From assembly GCA_963776345.1 (NCBI GenBank), contig CAVZMH010000015.1:64001-128000 (forward strand): 64,000 nt of DNA, written 5' to 3'. Every line of letters starts with the position of its first letter. The first letter of the stretch is position 1. The DNA is from an uncultured delta proteobacterium. Lineage in GTDB: Bacteria; Myxococcota; Myxococcia; Myxococcales; Myxococcaceae. The translations under genes were made by a program, and so were the position numbers. Shown here piece after piece: positions 19,877 through 28,915 of this stretch. The notes under the pieces were generated by a model, which did no database searches, was not told the origin of the DNA, and saw nothing but the letters and a program-made list of their open reading frames with translations.

Positions 19877-20403
19877 CCCGGGTCCCGACGGTACTGGATC
19901 GCTCGGACGACGAGCTCCACCTCGCCGCGCGGACGCCGGACCGTCACCTCGTCGCCGGACCGCTTCCCCAGGAGAGACCGGCCGAGGGGGGATTCCACGC
20001 TCACCACGGTCCCCCGGGCGTCGATCTCGTCCGGGCCCACGATCTGGTAGGTGCGCGCCGTCCCGTCCTCGTCCTCGAGCGTGACCCAGGCCCCGAACCA
20101 GACCCGCTCGGTGTCGGTCTGGTCCTCGGGCGCGACGATGGTGGAGGTGTCCAGCCGGCGCTGGAGGAAGCGGATGCGCCGGTCGATCTCCCGGAGGCGC
20201 TTCTTGCCGTAGATGTACTCGGCGTTCTCGCTCCGGTCGCCCTGGGCTGCGGCGGCGCTGACCTCGGCCGTGACGCGCGGGCGCTCCTCGTTGAGGAGCC
20301 GCAGGAGCTCGGCGTGCATCCGCTCGGCGCCGGCGCGGGTGAGGTATCGCCGCCCGGGTCCGGCGGGAACGTCGTCGTCGAGATCGTCGTCCGGGTCAGC
20401 CAC
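19873..20403 (-). CDS. greB: Transcription elongation factor GreB
   Basis: AAAQGDRSENAEYIYGKKRLREIDRRIRFL; SVESPLGRSLLGK; GGAGG before GTG 20403. Confidence 0.93.
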   Translation of the reverse strand: MADPDDDLDDDVPAGPGRRYLTRAGAERMHAELLRLLNEERPRVTAEVSAAAAQGDRSENAEYIYGKKRLREIDRRIRFLQRRLDTSTIVAPEDQTDTERVWFGAWVTLEDEDGTARTYQIVGPDEIDARGTVVSVESPLGRSLLGKRSGDEVTVRRPRGEVELVVRAIQYRRDPG

Positions 20404-20487
20404 GGCGCCTCCCGAAGGTGGTGCCTCGTGCGCCACCGGCACTTGCTGCGGGGCGCCCGGGTGTGACTACCTACCCCCTGCTGGCAC

Positions 20488-20560
<73 letters not shown>

Positions 20561-20663
20561 CACCGTGACGAGGGAGCCCGGGCGTCGCTGGTCACCCCCG
20601 TCGATCGGCGCTACACGGCGGGCCCCGGGGGGCCTGGCCCAACTGCCCCCGAGGAGCCGAACC

Positions 20664-21125
20664 ATGGCGAAGCCTGTTCCGGAGGGACTCCACACGCTCA
20701 CCCCGTCGCTGACGCTCGAGGGCGCGGCCGAGGCGATCGAGTTCTACAAGCGCGCGTTCGGCGCCGAGGAGCGGAGCCGCGCGCTGGACCCGACCGGCAC
20801 CAAGGTGTGGCACGCCGAGCTGCGCATCGGGAACTCCGCGTTCTTCGTGAACGACACCGCCCCGGAGATGGGCGCGACGCCCAGCTTCTCCTCCCTGTGG
20901 ATCTACACCCCGGACGCTGACGCGGCGTTCGAGCGCGCGGCGAAGGCGGGGGCGAAGGTGACCATGCCCATGGCGGACATGTTCTGGGGCGACCGCGTGG
21001 GGATGCTGGTGGACCGCTGGGGCATCAAGTGGAGCATCGCCCGGCGGGTCAAGACCCTCTCCCCCGCGGAGATGAAGGCGGCGCAGGACGCCTTCGTGGC
21101 CCAGATGCGGCAGCAGAAGAAGTAG
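20664..21125 (+). CDS. VOC/glyoxalase family protein (PhnB-like)
   Basis: AAEAIEFYKRAFGA, HAELRIG, DMFWGDR. Confidence 0.9.
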   Translation: MAKPVPEGLHTLTPSLTLEGAAEAIEFYKRAFGAEERSRALDPTGTKVWHAELRIGNSAFFVNDTAPEMGATPSFSSLWIYTPDADAAFERAAKAGAKVTMPMADMFWGDRVGMLVDRWGIKWSIARRVKTLSPAEMKAAQDAFVAQMRQQKK

Positions 21126-21178
21126 ACGCGCACTGGCGTTCGCACCCGCGTTCGGGTTAGTCGTCCCCCTCCGTCGCA

Positions 21179-21251
21179 GTCCCCGTCGTCTAGAGGCCCA
21201 GGACGCTGGCCTTTCAAGCCGGTAACACGGGTTCGAATCCCGTCGGGGACA
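21179..21251 (+). tRNA. tRNA-Glu (UUC), CCA not encoded
   Basis: Acceptor GTCCCCG/CGGGGAC, loop CT-TTC-AA, T arm GGTTCGAATCC. Confidence 0.95.
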
Positions 21252-21320
21252 ATCACAGCCTGGGACGCCGCCGGGCGTGCTGAACCCGCCCGGCGCCTCA
21301 CCTCGTCCAGCGCGACCCGG

Positions 21321-21590
21321 TCAGGCGGTGCGCGGCAGGTCCCTGCGGACGCGGGCCCGGGCGATGAACATGGCCAGCACCGCACCCAGGACGGCGATGG
21401 CCAGGGGCGGTAACTCGGAGACCGTTCCGGGAAGGACGATCCGACCGATCAGTCCACCCACCACCCCGCCGACCCCGCCCGCCGCGACCCCCCAGGCCAA
21501 GGTGAGGCTGCGTGTCTTCCAGATCAGCGAGAGCACCGCGCCAATGACTGCCCCGAGTACGATCCAGCTCAGCAGCGCAAAGATGGTCAT
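21321..21590 (-). CDS. GlsB/YeaQ/YmgE-like small membrane protein
   Basis: LSWIVLGAVIGAV...GGVVGGLIG...AVLGAVL; SD GAAGGAGG. Confidence 0.75.
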   Translation of the reverse strand: MTIFALLSWIVLGAVIGAVLSLIWKTRSLTLAWGVAAGGVGGVVGGLIGRIVLPGTVSELPPLAIAVLGAVLAMFIARARVRRDLPRTA

Positions 21591-21719
21591 GGCTGCCTCC
21601 TTCACCCAGTGGTGATGCATCGGCCATGCGCATGAACATCGGCGGGGGTCTAGCGGACCTACTCACCGCAGGAATTGCATTGATGGCTGCGCGCTTCGCA
21701 AACATTGCGCCTGCCGAGC

Positions 21720-22655
21720 TCAGACGGTGCGCGGGTGGCCTCGCAGCCCGGGCGGACACTCGAGCGCGGAGCGGTCCCACCCGCCGAGGCTGGCGGCGGC
21801 GTCGTAGGTGCTCCAGAGGAACTCGTGCAGCAGCGCGCCGGGGTCGCTCGCACGCCGCACCGCCTCGTACGGAAGGATGAACTCGCCGAGCCTGGCCTCG
21901 AAGAAGGCGTCCGTGGGCCGGACCTTCGCCTGCGCGAATCCCTCCGGCGCCGGGTAGGCGTACGAGTAGAAGGCCGCATCCTCCACCCCGGAACCGCCTG
22001 GCCAGAATCCCGCCGAGGAGACCTGGTGGCTGTAAGCCTCGCGGGTGACCGCGTCCGGCAGCCCGGGCACACCCCCGGGGTGCCGCGGCGCGGTCCGGCC
22101 GGAGAAGCGGGTCACCGCCAGATCGAAGCTCCCCCAGAACAGATGGACCGGGCTCGCCTTGCCCAGGAAGGAGGTCCGGAACTCCTTGAGCACCCGGTCC
22201 ACCTGCACCAGCGCCTGGAAGAATCGCTGCACCGCCGCCGCGTCGTACGGCCGCTCGACGTGGTCGTCGGGGAAGGGCACCGCCCCGGGCACCTCGTTGG
22301 GATGCGGATCGAGCTCGGGCGTGCCGCCGAGCCATCGGATGAGCTCCAGCGTCCGGCGATGGAACTCGGCGACGGATCCCGGCCCGAGGGAGAAGCGCGC
22401 CGAGCGCCCGTCGGAGGCGCGGCCCACCACGGCGTGCTCGAGCAGATCGAGGGCCAGGTCGACCGCTCCCGGCCCATCGGGCACCGCCGAGGTGTTCAGC
22501 CCGGAGGGCGTGACGTAGAGGGTGGCGTGCCACGAGTGGTTCTGCCATGGCGTGTGCGCCAGCCGGTACTTGCCGAGGATCTGCGCGTAGAGGTGGAGCG
22601 CCGCGCAGGTGTCGCGCCACGCGGCGAAGGGGATCTCGGGCCAGGCGTTCGGCAT
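21720..22655 (-). CDS. DUF5996 family protein
   Basis: NHSWH, SPVHLFWGSFDLAVTRFSGR, EAYSHQVSSAGFWPG, AFYSYAYP. Confidence 0.85.
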   Translation of the reverse strand: MPNAWPEIPFAAWRDTCAALHLYAQILGKYRLAHTPWQNHSWHATLYVTPSGLNTSAVPDGPGAVDLALDLLEHAVVGRASDGRSARFSLGPGSVAEFHRRTLELIRWLGGTPELDPHPNEVPGAVPFPDDHVERPYDAAAVQRFFQALVQVDRVLKEFRTSFLGKASPVHLFWGSFDLAVTRFSGRTAPRHPGGVPGLPDAVTREAYSHQVSSAGFWPGGSGVEDAAFYSYAYPAPEGFAQAKVRPTDAFFEARLGEFILPYEAVRRASDPGALLHEFLWSTYDAAASLGGWDRSALECPPGLRGHPRTV

Positions 22656-22779
22656 CGGGGCCTCCCAGTTCAGCGGGCGAGCACCCGCGGGGGAGCACTC
22701 TGGCTGCACCGGGCCTCCGGGACCAGCGGGCCGGCCGGGCGTCAGTCGGATCTCCGGCACCGTCCCCCGGTCCCGCGGG

Positions 22780-23229
22780 TCAGGCCGCCCGCGTCCAGCG
22801 CAGCGTCCGGACCACCGGGGTGCCATCGGCCGCGGCGGTGTCCAGCTGGATGGTCAACTCGTCGCCGGCGACGCGCATCGACCGGGTCAGCACCATCCCC
22901 ACGTTCTCCGGCGAGAGCGAGCCCACCAGGCGCTGGGTGACGGTGCCCGCCGCGTCGTCCACGCTGTAGCTGCCGAAGTACGCGTCGTAGCCCCCCACCG
23001 CCCGGCTGTTGTTGGGCCCCGAGGCCGCGGCAGGTGCCGGCGAGGCGGTCTGTCGGTCCCGCTTCATGAACTGCGCGGCGAAGTTGCCGGCGCGGTCGTA
23101 CACCAGGAGCGCGAGCGGATCCGCTCCGAGCGCTGGGTCGACGCGCCGCTCGCCAGAGGCGGTGCGGTCCTCCCGGCTGACGAGGCGCCAGGTTCCGATG
23201 AGGGCCTGCGAGAGTGGGACGTCGGGCAC
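22780..23229 (-). CDS. Lipocalin-like domain protein
   Basis: LIGTWRLVS, YDAYFGSYSVD, C-terminal LRWTR. Confidence 0.8.
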   Translation of the reverse strand: MPDVPLSQALIGTWRLVSREDRTASGERRVDPALGADPLALLVYDRAGNFAAQFMKRDRQTASPAPAAASGPNNSRAVGGYDAYFGSYSVDDAAGTVTQRLVGSLSPENVGMVLTRSMRVAGDELTIQLDTAAADGTPVVRTLRWTRAA

Positions 23230-23312
23230 GGGATGGGCCTCCTCCGGGAGTTCCGGGGCGGAGGACCCTGCCGCGATCCGGCGGGCGCTGGCAAGCGCCT
23301 CCGGCCGAGCCG

Positions 23313-23877
23313 TTACCGCGTCACGTCGACGTTGTAAGTGCCCGCCGGCGAGGTCGCGGTGCCGGTGATGTGCGTAGTGCCGGCCTTCCGCTGCACGCCA
23401 CCGTCCGCTCCGGCCTCCAGCTGCCCGGCGAAGGTGAGCGCCAGCGAGACCTGGCCGCTCAGCTGGCCGGACATCATGAACGACCCGTCGAGCGAGCCGT
23501 CGAGCGTCCCGGTGGGGATGCCCTTGAGGCTCATGGTCAGGACTGGCAGCCCGCTGGAGTCGGTGTTGTAGGTGACGTTGCCGTCATCGGAGTAGTTCGA
23601 GAGGGCGTCCAGCAGGGTCATGATCTTGCTGGTTCCTGAATTGCCCTGGTCGACATGACCCGTGACGGTCATCGTGCCCGACACACCACCGTCGGCGATC
23701 TGCGTGGAGATGTTGGCGCCGTTCAGCGGAGCGTTGAACCCGGCGAAGCCGAGGGTGATGGCCTTGTCCACGGACGGATCGAGGCCCAGGTAGGCCTTCT
23801 GGGCATCCTCGGTGGAGCTGACGCCACCTCCACAGGCGGCGAGGAAGCAGGAGAAGAACCATCGAGACTGGACGCAT
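23313..23877 (-). CDS. Hypothetical Gly/Ser/Thr-rich lipoprotein with a frameshift in the signal peptide
   Basis: ATG 23877 reads MRPVSMVLLLL; lipobox LAAC and the mature protein are in another frame from about 23845. Confidence 0.65.
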
Positions 23878-24031
23878 CCTGAAGTGTACGGGTTTCCTCC
23901 GCGGCCACTGAAGAATCCGGAGCCGCACCTCCACAAGAAATCTCCCGAAAGGCACGACCCGGCACGCGCGCGACCACACCGCCCCACGGGTTCGGACCCG
24001 CCGGTCGATCTCTCGCGGTCGTCCTCCGCGG

Positions 24032-24150
24032 TCAGTAGCGGACGCGGAGCGAGTCCAGCGCCGGGAGCATCACCGGATGGATCTCGTGGTCGAAGAACCC
24101 GGCCTGCACCGCCGGGTCCTGGTCCATCCAGGCCTTCGCCTCCTCGGCGG
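24032..24150 (-). pseudogene. C-terminal remnant of a YCII-like protein
   Basis: AEEAKAWMDQDPAVQAGFFDHEIHP resembles the YCII DP motif region; no matching N-terminus or start. Confidence 0.5.
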
Positions 24151-24274
24151 GCGCGCGTCGACGAGCCACTGCTCGAGCTCCCCCGCGTTCGGGTTCCCCT
24201 CGGGTAACGCAGCTCGCTGCGGCCGCGTCGCTGCGGATTCGCGGCGTCACGAGCGGACGATAGACTGCCACCCA

Positions 24275-25099
24275 GTGCGACGCACCCTGGTGCTTCTCCT
24301 GGTATCGGCCGCCGCGGCGTGCGCGGGCGATCCTCCTCCCCCGCCCCCGTCCACTGCCAGGACGGTCCTCGCCCCGCGGCCCGAGGTCCTGTCCGCCGGG
24401 ACCGGGGCGATGACCCCGCTGGCCATCGCGCTCGCCCGCGAGGTGTCGGCGGGCACGGGCCTGCGCGTCCGGGTGGAGCCGAGCATCGGCACCGGCGGCG
24501 GCGTCGCCGCGGCCCGCGATGGCGCCGTCGACCTCGGGCTGGTCTCGCGCCCGCTCCGGCCCGAGGAGTCCGCCGGGCTCGAGCGGGTGGACCTCGCCCG
24601 GGACGCGGTGGTGCTCGCCGCCGCCCCGGACGTCCCGGTCGACGACCTCTCCGCGGACGACCTGCACCGGCTCTACCGCGGGGAGCTGCGCGGGCTCACC
24701 GTGCTCCTCCGCGACGAGGCCGAATCGGCCAACGCCGCCCTCGAGGGGGTCCACCCCGGCCTCGCCGACGAGCGCCGCCGCTCCGCCGAGAGCGGCAGGC
24801 TCCGGGTGCTTGACCACGACGACGCGATGGCCCTGGCCCTCGCCACCACGCCGCGCGCGGTGGGGGTGTTCTCCCTCGCCGCGCTCCGCCCTCCCCTGCG
24901 CCCGCTGCGCATCGATGGCGTCGCCCCCTCGGCCGAGTCCGTGGGCAGGGGGACGTGGCGCGCGGTCCGCACCCTGGGCGTCGTCTTCCGCCCGGAACGG
25001 CGGGACCGTGTCGCCCCGGTCCTCGCCCTGGCCACCTCGGAGCGCGGACGCGCGCTGATCCGCGCGCTCGGGTATCTCCCGCTGGAGCCCGGGCGGTGA
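24275..25099 (+). CDS. PstS-like periplasmic binding lipoprotein
   Basis: Lipobox AAAC; AGTGAM, SIGTGGGV, DLGLVSRPL, LRIDGVAPS. Confidence 0.8.
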   Translation: MRRTLVLLLVSAAAACAGDPPPPPPSTARTVLAPRPEVLSAGTGAMTPLAIALAREVSAGTGLRVRVEPSIGTGGGVAAARDGAVDLGLVSRPLRPEESAGLERVDLARDAVVLAAAPDVPVDDLSADDLHRLYRGELRGLTVLLRDEAESANAALEGVHPGLADERRRSAESGRLRVLDHDDAMALALATTPRAVGVFSLAALRPPLRPLRIDGVAPSAESVGRGTWRAVRTLGVVFRPERRDRVAPVLALATSERGRALIRALGYLPLEPGR

Positions 25100-26220
25100 T
25101 CCCCGTCGCCCTCACCCGACCCTTCGCCCGGCGGCTGCTGCCCCTGGTGCTGGTGGCGAGCAGCCTGTTCGCGGTCGTGGTTCCGCTCGCGCACCACCTC
25201 GATGCGCGGAGCCGGCTGGTGCTCTCGGCCCGGGAGCGCGGCCAGCGCGTGGCCCGCATCCTCGCCGAGGCCGTGCGCGACCGTCCCCTGCTCTGGCGCT
25301 ACGACGCCGCCAAGCTCTCCGGACGGCTCCAGCTGGAGGGGCTGCTGGTAACGCCCCTGGTGGTCCGCGACCGCGAGAATCGCCCGGTGCCGCTCGGCGG
25401 TCCCGCCGCGGCCGCCGTCGCCTGGGCCCGGGTGCCGGTGGAGGTCGACGGGGTCCCGGTGGCCACGGTCTGGGCCGGCGCGCCACTCACCCCGCTCTGG
25501 CACGAGTCGCTGCGTCTCCTCGCCGGCTGCCTGGTGCTCGCCTCGGTGCTCGGCGCCCTGCTCTTCCTCTTCCCGGTCCGCACCGTCGCCCGGGCCGAGG
25601 AGCGCATCGCCGCCCTGCTCGCCGAGCGCCGGGTGGCGCTGCAGGACGAGGAGCGGCGGCGCATCGCCCGCGACCTCCACGACGGCGCGGGGCAGGCCCT
25701 CACCGCCGCGAGGCTCCAGCTGCTCGCCCTTCGACGGCGAGGGCTGGCCGACGACGACGCCGCACAGGTCGAGCACCACCTGGACGAGGCGCTGGAGGAG
25801 GTGCGCCGCTCCACCTCCGCGCTGCTCCCCGCGCCGCTGGCCGCGCTCGGCTTCCTGGGCGCGCTCCGGAAGCACTGCGCGAGCTACGCCCGGGCCACCG
25901 GCGTGGACATCGCGCTCGAGACGCCGGAGGAGCTGCCCGAGCTGCCGGCCCCCCTGGCCGCGGGCCTCTACCGGATCGTCCAGGAGGCGCTGCACAACAC
26001 CGTGCAGCACGCCGGCGCCGGACGGGCCTCGGTCCGGGTGAGCCGCCTTCCCGACTCCCTGTCGCTCGAGTTCGACGACGACGGGCGCGGCTTTCCGGAC
26101 CAGGCCAGCTCGCAGTCCATCCGCGAGCGCGTGGCCGGGCTCGGCGGCGCGGTGGACTGGCCGGAGCCGGGCCGGGCTCACCTCCGGGTGCGCATCCCGC
26201 TCGGCGGGGTGAGGGCGTGA
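25096..26220 (+). CDS. Membrane sensor histidine kinase (HisKA_3, NarX/UhpB type)
   Basis: Two TM helices, ERRRIARDLHD, QEALHN, DDGRGF; GTGA overlap with the upstream gene. Confidence 0.88.
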   Translation: MIPVALTRPFARRLLPLVLVASSLFAVVVPLAHHLDARSRLVLSARERGQRVARILAEAVRDRPLLWRYDAAKLSGRLQLEGLLVTPLVVRDRENRPVPLGGPAAAAVAWARVPVEVDGVPVATVWAGAPLTPLWHESLRLLAGCLVLASVLGALLFLFPVRTVARAEERIAALLAERRVALQDEERRRIARDLHDGAGQALTAARLQLLALRRRGLADDDAAQVEHHLDEALEEVRRSTSALLPAPLAALGFLGALRKHCASYARATGVDIALETPEELPELPAPLAAGLYRIVQEALHNTVQHAGAGRASVRVSRLPDSLSLEFDDDGRGFPDQASSQSIRERVAGLGGAVDWPEPGRAHLRVRIPLGGVRA

Positions 26221-26837
26221 TCCACGTCGTCGTCGCCGACGATCACGCGGTCGTCCGCGCCGGGGTGCGCGCCGTGCTGGCCTCCGAGCCCGACCTGACG
26301 CTGGTGGCCGAGGCAGCCGACGCGGAGGGCGCCCTCGCCGCGGTGGTCGAGCACCGACCGGAGGTGCTGCTCCTCGACTGGACGCTCCCGGGGGAGGGTC
26401 GGTCGGTCCTCGCCCGGCTGCGCGCGGAGGCTCCGGGCACGCGGGTCTGCGTCCTCTCCATGCACCAGGAGGGGGCGACGGTGCGCGAGGCGCTGGGGGC
26501 CGGAGCCCTGGGCTACGTGGTGAAGGGTGCGGGCATCGAGCACCTCGTCACCGCGCTCCGCTCGGTGGCCGCGGGGCGTCGCTTCCTCGATCCCGCCGCC
26601 GAGAGCAGCCTCTCCGGCGGTCCCGAGCCCGAGGACGACGAGTGGGAGCGCCTCACCCCGCGCGAGCGGCTGGTGCTCCGGCGGGTGGCCGAGGGGCGCA
26701 CCAATCGAGAGATCGCCGCCGAGCTCTCGCTCTCCCCGAAGACCGTGGACACACACCGCACCAACCTCATGCGCAAGCTGGGTGTGCACGACGCCCAGGC
26801 GCTGGCGCGGTTCGCGGTGCGGCGCGGATTGCTGCTG
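26217..26837 (+). CDS. NarL/LuxR-family response regulator; expected stop missing, frame stays open to 27413
   Basis: ADDHAVVRAG, LLLD, LTPRE...TNREIA...SPKTVDTHRTNLMRKL; family similarity ends at RRGLL. Confidence 0.85.
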
Positions 26838-26922
26838 CGCGCGGGCTCGGGTGTCCACCCGATTGTCGGATCCGGTCGGCTCCTCGACGATCGCCTCGGT
26901 GTCTCGCGCCGGAGGAGGACCC

Positions 26923-27750
26923 CTGAACCGCCTCGCACTGCTGACCACGCTCGCGCTCGCCTCGTCCGCCCTGGCCCAGGAGGCCGGCGGCTACTCGGCG
27001 GGCCCGGGCCTCGGCTCTCCGGATTACCAGACCACGGTCAACGCCCCGCGGGTGAAGTCCCCGGCGTACACGCAGGACCGGGTCTTCGGCGCCACCCGGT
27101 TCTGGAAGCTGGACCCGGGCCGCTTCGAGGTGGAGGTGTGGTGGGACGAGAAGTTCAACCGGAACGAGCCGAACGTCTCTCTCCTCAAGCTGGAGATCGA
27201 GATCGGCCTCACCCCCCACATCCAGATCGACATCTACCAGAACTTCATCCTCACCAACGGCCAGTTCGACGTCGAGGGGAACCAGCTCGAGCTGCGCTAC
27301 GCCTTCGCCTCCCGGTACAACGAGATCTCCTGGAACCCGGTGCTCTACGTCGAGTGGCACCCGCGGAAGAACGCGCAGGACCGGGCGGAGATCCGCCTGC
27401 TGATGGGCGGTGACCTCCCCGCCGACGGGCTCTGGGCGACCAACCTCTACGCCGAGGGCAACATCGACTACTTCAAGGCCTCCTACGCCGAGGGGTTCGA
27501 CGGCGAGCTCGGCGCGACCGCTGCGGTGAGCTTCCCGGTGGTCGCCGACGTGCTCCGGCTCGGGGCGGAGGTCCGCGGCGGTGTCGACCAGCACGGGAGC
27601 CCTCGGTTCTACGCCTCCGGCTTCGTGGGGCCGAACATCCTGCTCACCTACCGGCCGGCGGGGCTGAAGCTCACCGCCACGGCGCTCTTCGGCCTCTTCC
27701 CCGAGGACCCCGCGTGCCGACTGTTCGTCATCGCCGGGTGGCAGTTCTGA
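26923..27750 (+). CDS. Putative outer-membrane beta-barrel protein
   Basis: GGAGGAGG before an in-frame CTG; signal peptide ending ALA-Q; alternating beta strands; C-terminal aromatic GWQF. Confidence 0.7.
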   Translation: MNRLALLTTLALASSALAQEAGGYSAGPGLGSPDYQTTVNAPRVKSPAYTQDRVFGATRFWKLDPGRFEVEVWWDEKFNRNEPNVSLLKLEIEIGLTPHIQIDIYQNFILTNGQFDVEGNQLELRYAFASRYNEISWNPVLYVEWHPRKNAQDRAEIRLLMGGDLPADGLWATNLYAEGNIDYFKASYAEGFDGELGATAAVSFPVVADVLRLGAEVRGGVDQHGSPRFYASGFVGPNILLTYRPAGLKLTATALFGLFPEDPACRLFVIAGWQF

Positions 27751-27804
27751 GGCGTTGCGCATGACGGGCGTGGGGGTCATTCACCCTGGCTGGAGGAGCC
27801 CCCC

Positions 27805-27999
27805 GTGCCAGACGCCAAGCCCCCAGCCAAGCCCCCACCGAAGCCGCCCACCCCCGAGCGCCACGTCCACCAGGAGCAGGAGGTGGACGAGGCCTCCCGG
27901 GAGTCGTTTCCGGCCAGCGACCCGCCGGGCTGGACCCCGACGACGCCCGGCACGGACCTGCCGGCCCCCCCGCCGCGTGGACCTCGCCGACGTCGCTGA
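27805..27999 (+). CDS. Small Pro-rich protein with ESFPASDPP motif
   Basis: VDEASRESFPASDPPGW, a motif recognised from small hypothetical proteins; SD GGAGGAG. Confidence 0.7.
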   Translation: MPDAKPPAKPPPKPPTPERHVHQEQEVDEASRESFPASDPPGWTPTTPGTDLPAPPPRGPRRRR

Positions 28000-28096
28000 A
28001 GGTGCGACATCGGTGTTGTGGCGAGGCGCGAGCTTTCCACCTTCCGTGAAGTCGATTCCTTGGGGTCGCCCGGGGTTCCGCTAGACTCGGCGGTCC

Positions 28097-28615
28097 ATGA
28101 AGTTCACCCCGCTCGACATCCGGCAGAAGCGCTTCGTGACCTCCTTCCGCGGCTACGCCGCGCGTGACGTTCAGGGGTTCCTGGAGCTCCTGGCGGCGGA
28201 GTTCGAGGAGGTGGTGAGGGAGAACATCGCGCTCAAGGAGGAGCTCAAGCGCACGCAGGTGGAGCTGGAGCGCCACCTCGAGCGCGAGCGCGCGCTGCAG
28301 CAGACGCTGGTCACCGCCCAGCGCGTCTCGGAGGACCTCCGCGACGCGGCGAAGAAGGAGGCGGAGATCGTCGTCGCCGAGGCCGAGCTCCAGTCCGAGA
28401 AGATCGTGCATGCCGCGCACCAGAAGCTGGTCCAGGTGGTGGACGACATCAACGAGCTCAAGCGGCAGCGGGCCCGCTTCGAGACCGAGCTGCGCTCGCT
28501 GGTCTCCGCGCACCTGAAGCTGCTCGAGGCCGTCGCGCCTCCCGACGTCGAGGCCCCGGTCCGGGTGGACGACAACGTGTCGTTCCTCGCCCCCAAGAAA
28601 ACGGGCGCGCCGTAG
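28097..28615 (+). CDS. DivIVA domain protein
   Basis: TPLDIRQKRF...FRGY...DV..FL followed by coiled coil. Confidence 0.92.
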   Translation: MKFTPLDIRQKRFVTSFRGYAARDVQGFLELLAAEFEEVVRENIALKEELKRTQVELERHLERERALQQTLVTAQRVSEDLRDAAKKEAEIVVAEAELQSEKIVHAAHQKLVQVVDDINELKRQRARFETELRSLVSAHLKLLEAVAPPDVEAPVRVDDNVSFLAPKKTGAP

Positions 28616-28905
28616 AGAACCCGCTCCGGGAGGTCCCGGGAGCGGTCGAGCTCTCGGTCCGGGTCAAGCCGCGCGCGTCCCGTCCGGGAATTGGAGAGGT
28701 CCGCGCCGGAGCGCTCGAGGTCCGGGTGAGCGCGCCGCCGGTCGAGGGCGCGGCGAACGACGCCCTGGTGGAGCTGCTGGCCCGGGAGCTGGACGTCCCC
28801 CGGCGTGCCGTCACGCTGATCTCCGGCGAGCATGGCCGGCAGAAGCGACTCCGGGTCCTGGGCCTCTCGGTTGCGGAGGTCCGCGCCCGTCTCCGGCTCG
28901 ACTGA
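28612..28905 (+). CDS. DUF167 (YggU) protein, no canonical start codon
   Basis: Hand translation: LSVRVKPRASR...VRVSAPPVEGAANDALVELLA...ISGEHGRQKRLRV. Absent from the ORF track. Confidence 0.8.
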   Translation, partial: VENPLREVPGAVELSVRVKPRASRPGIGEVRAGALEVRVSAPPVEGAANDALVELLARELDVPRRAVTLISGEHGRQKRLRVLGLSVAEVRARLRLD

Positions 28906-28915
28906 GCGCGCCCGG

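Noticed and set aside
23986..24004. CACGGGTTCG matching the tRNA-Glu T arm, as a possible attR
   Set aside because: Only 10 nt identical, and no integrase; better explained as part of the CGGGT-N4-ACCCG palindrome.
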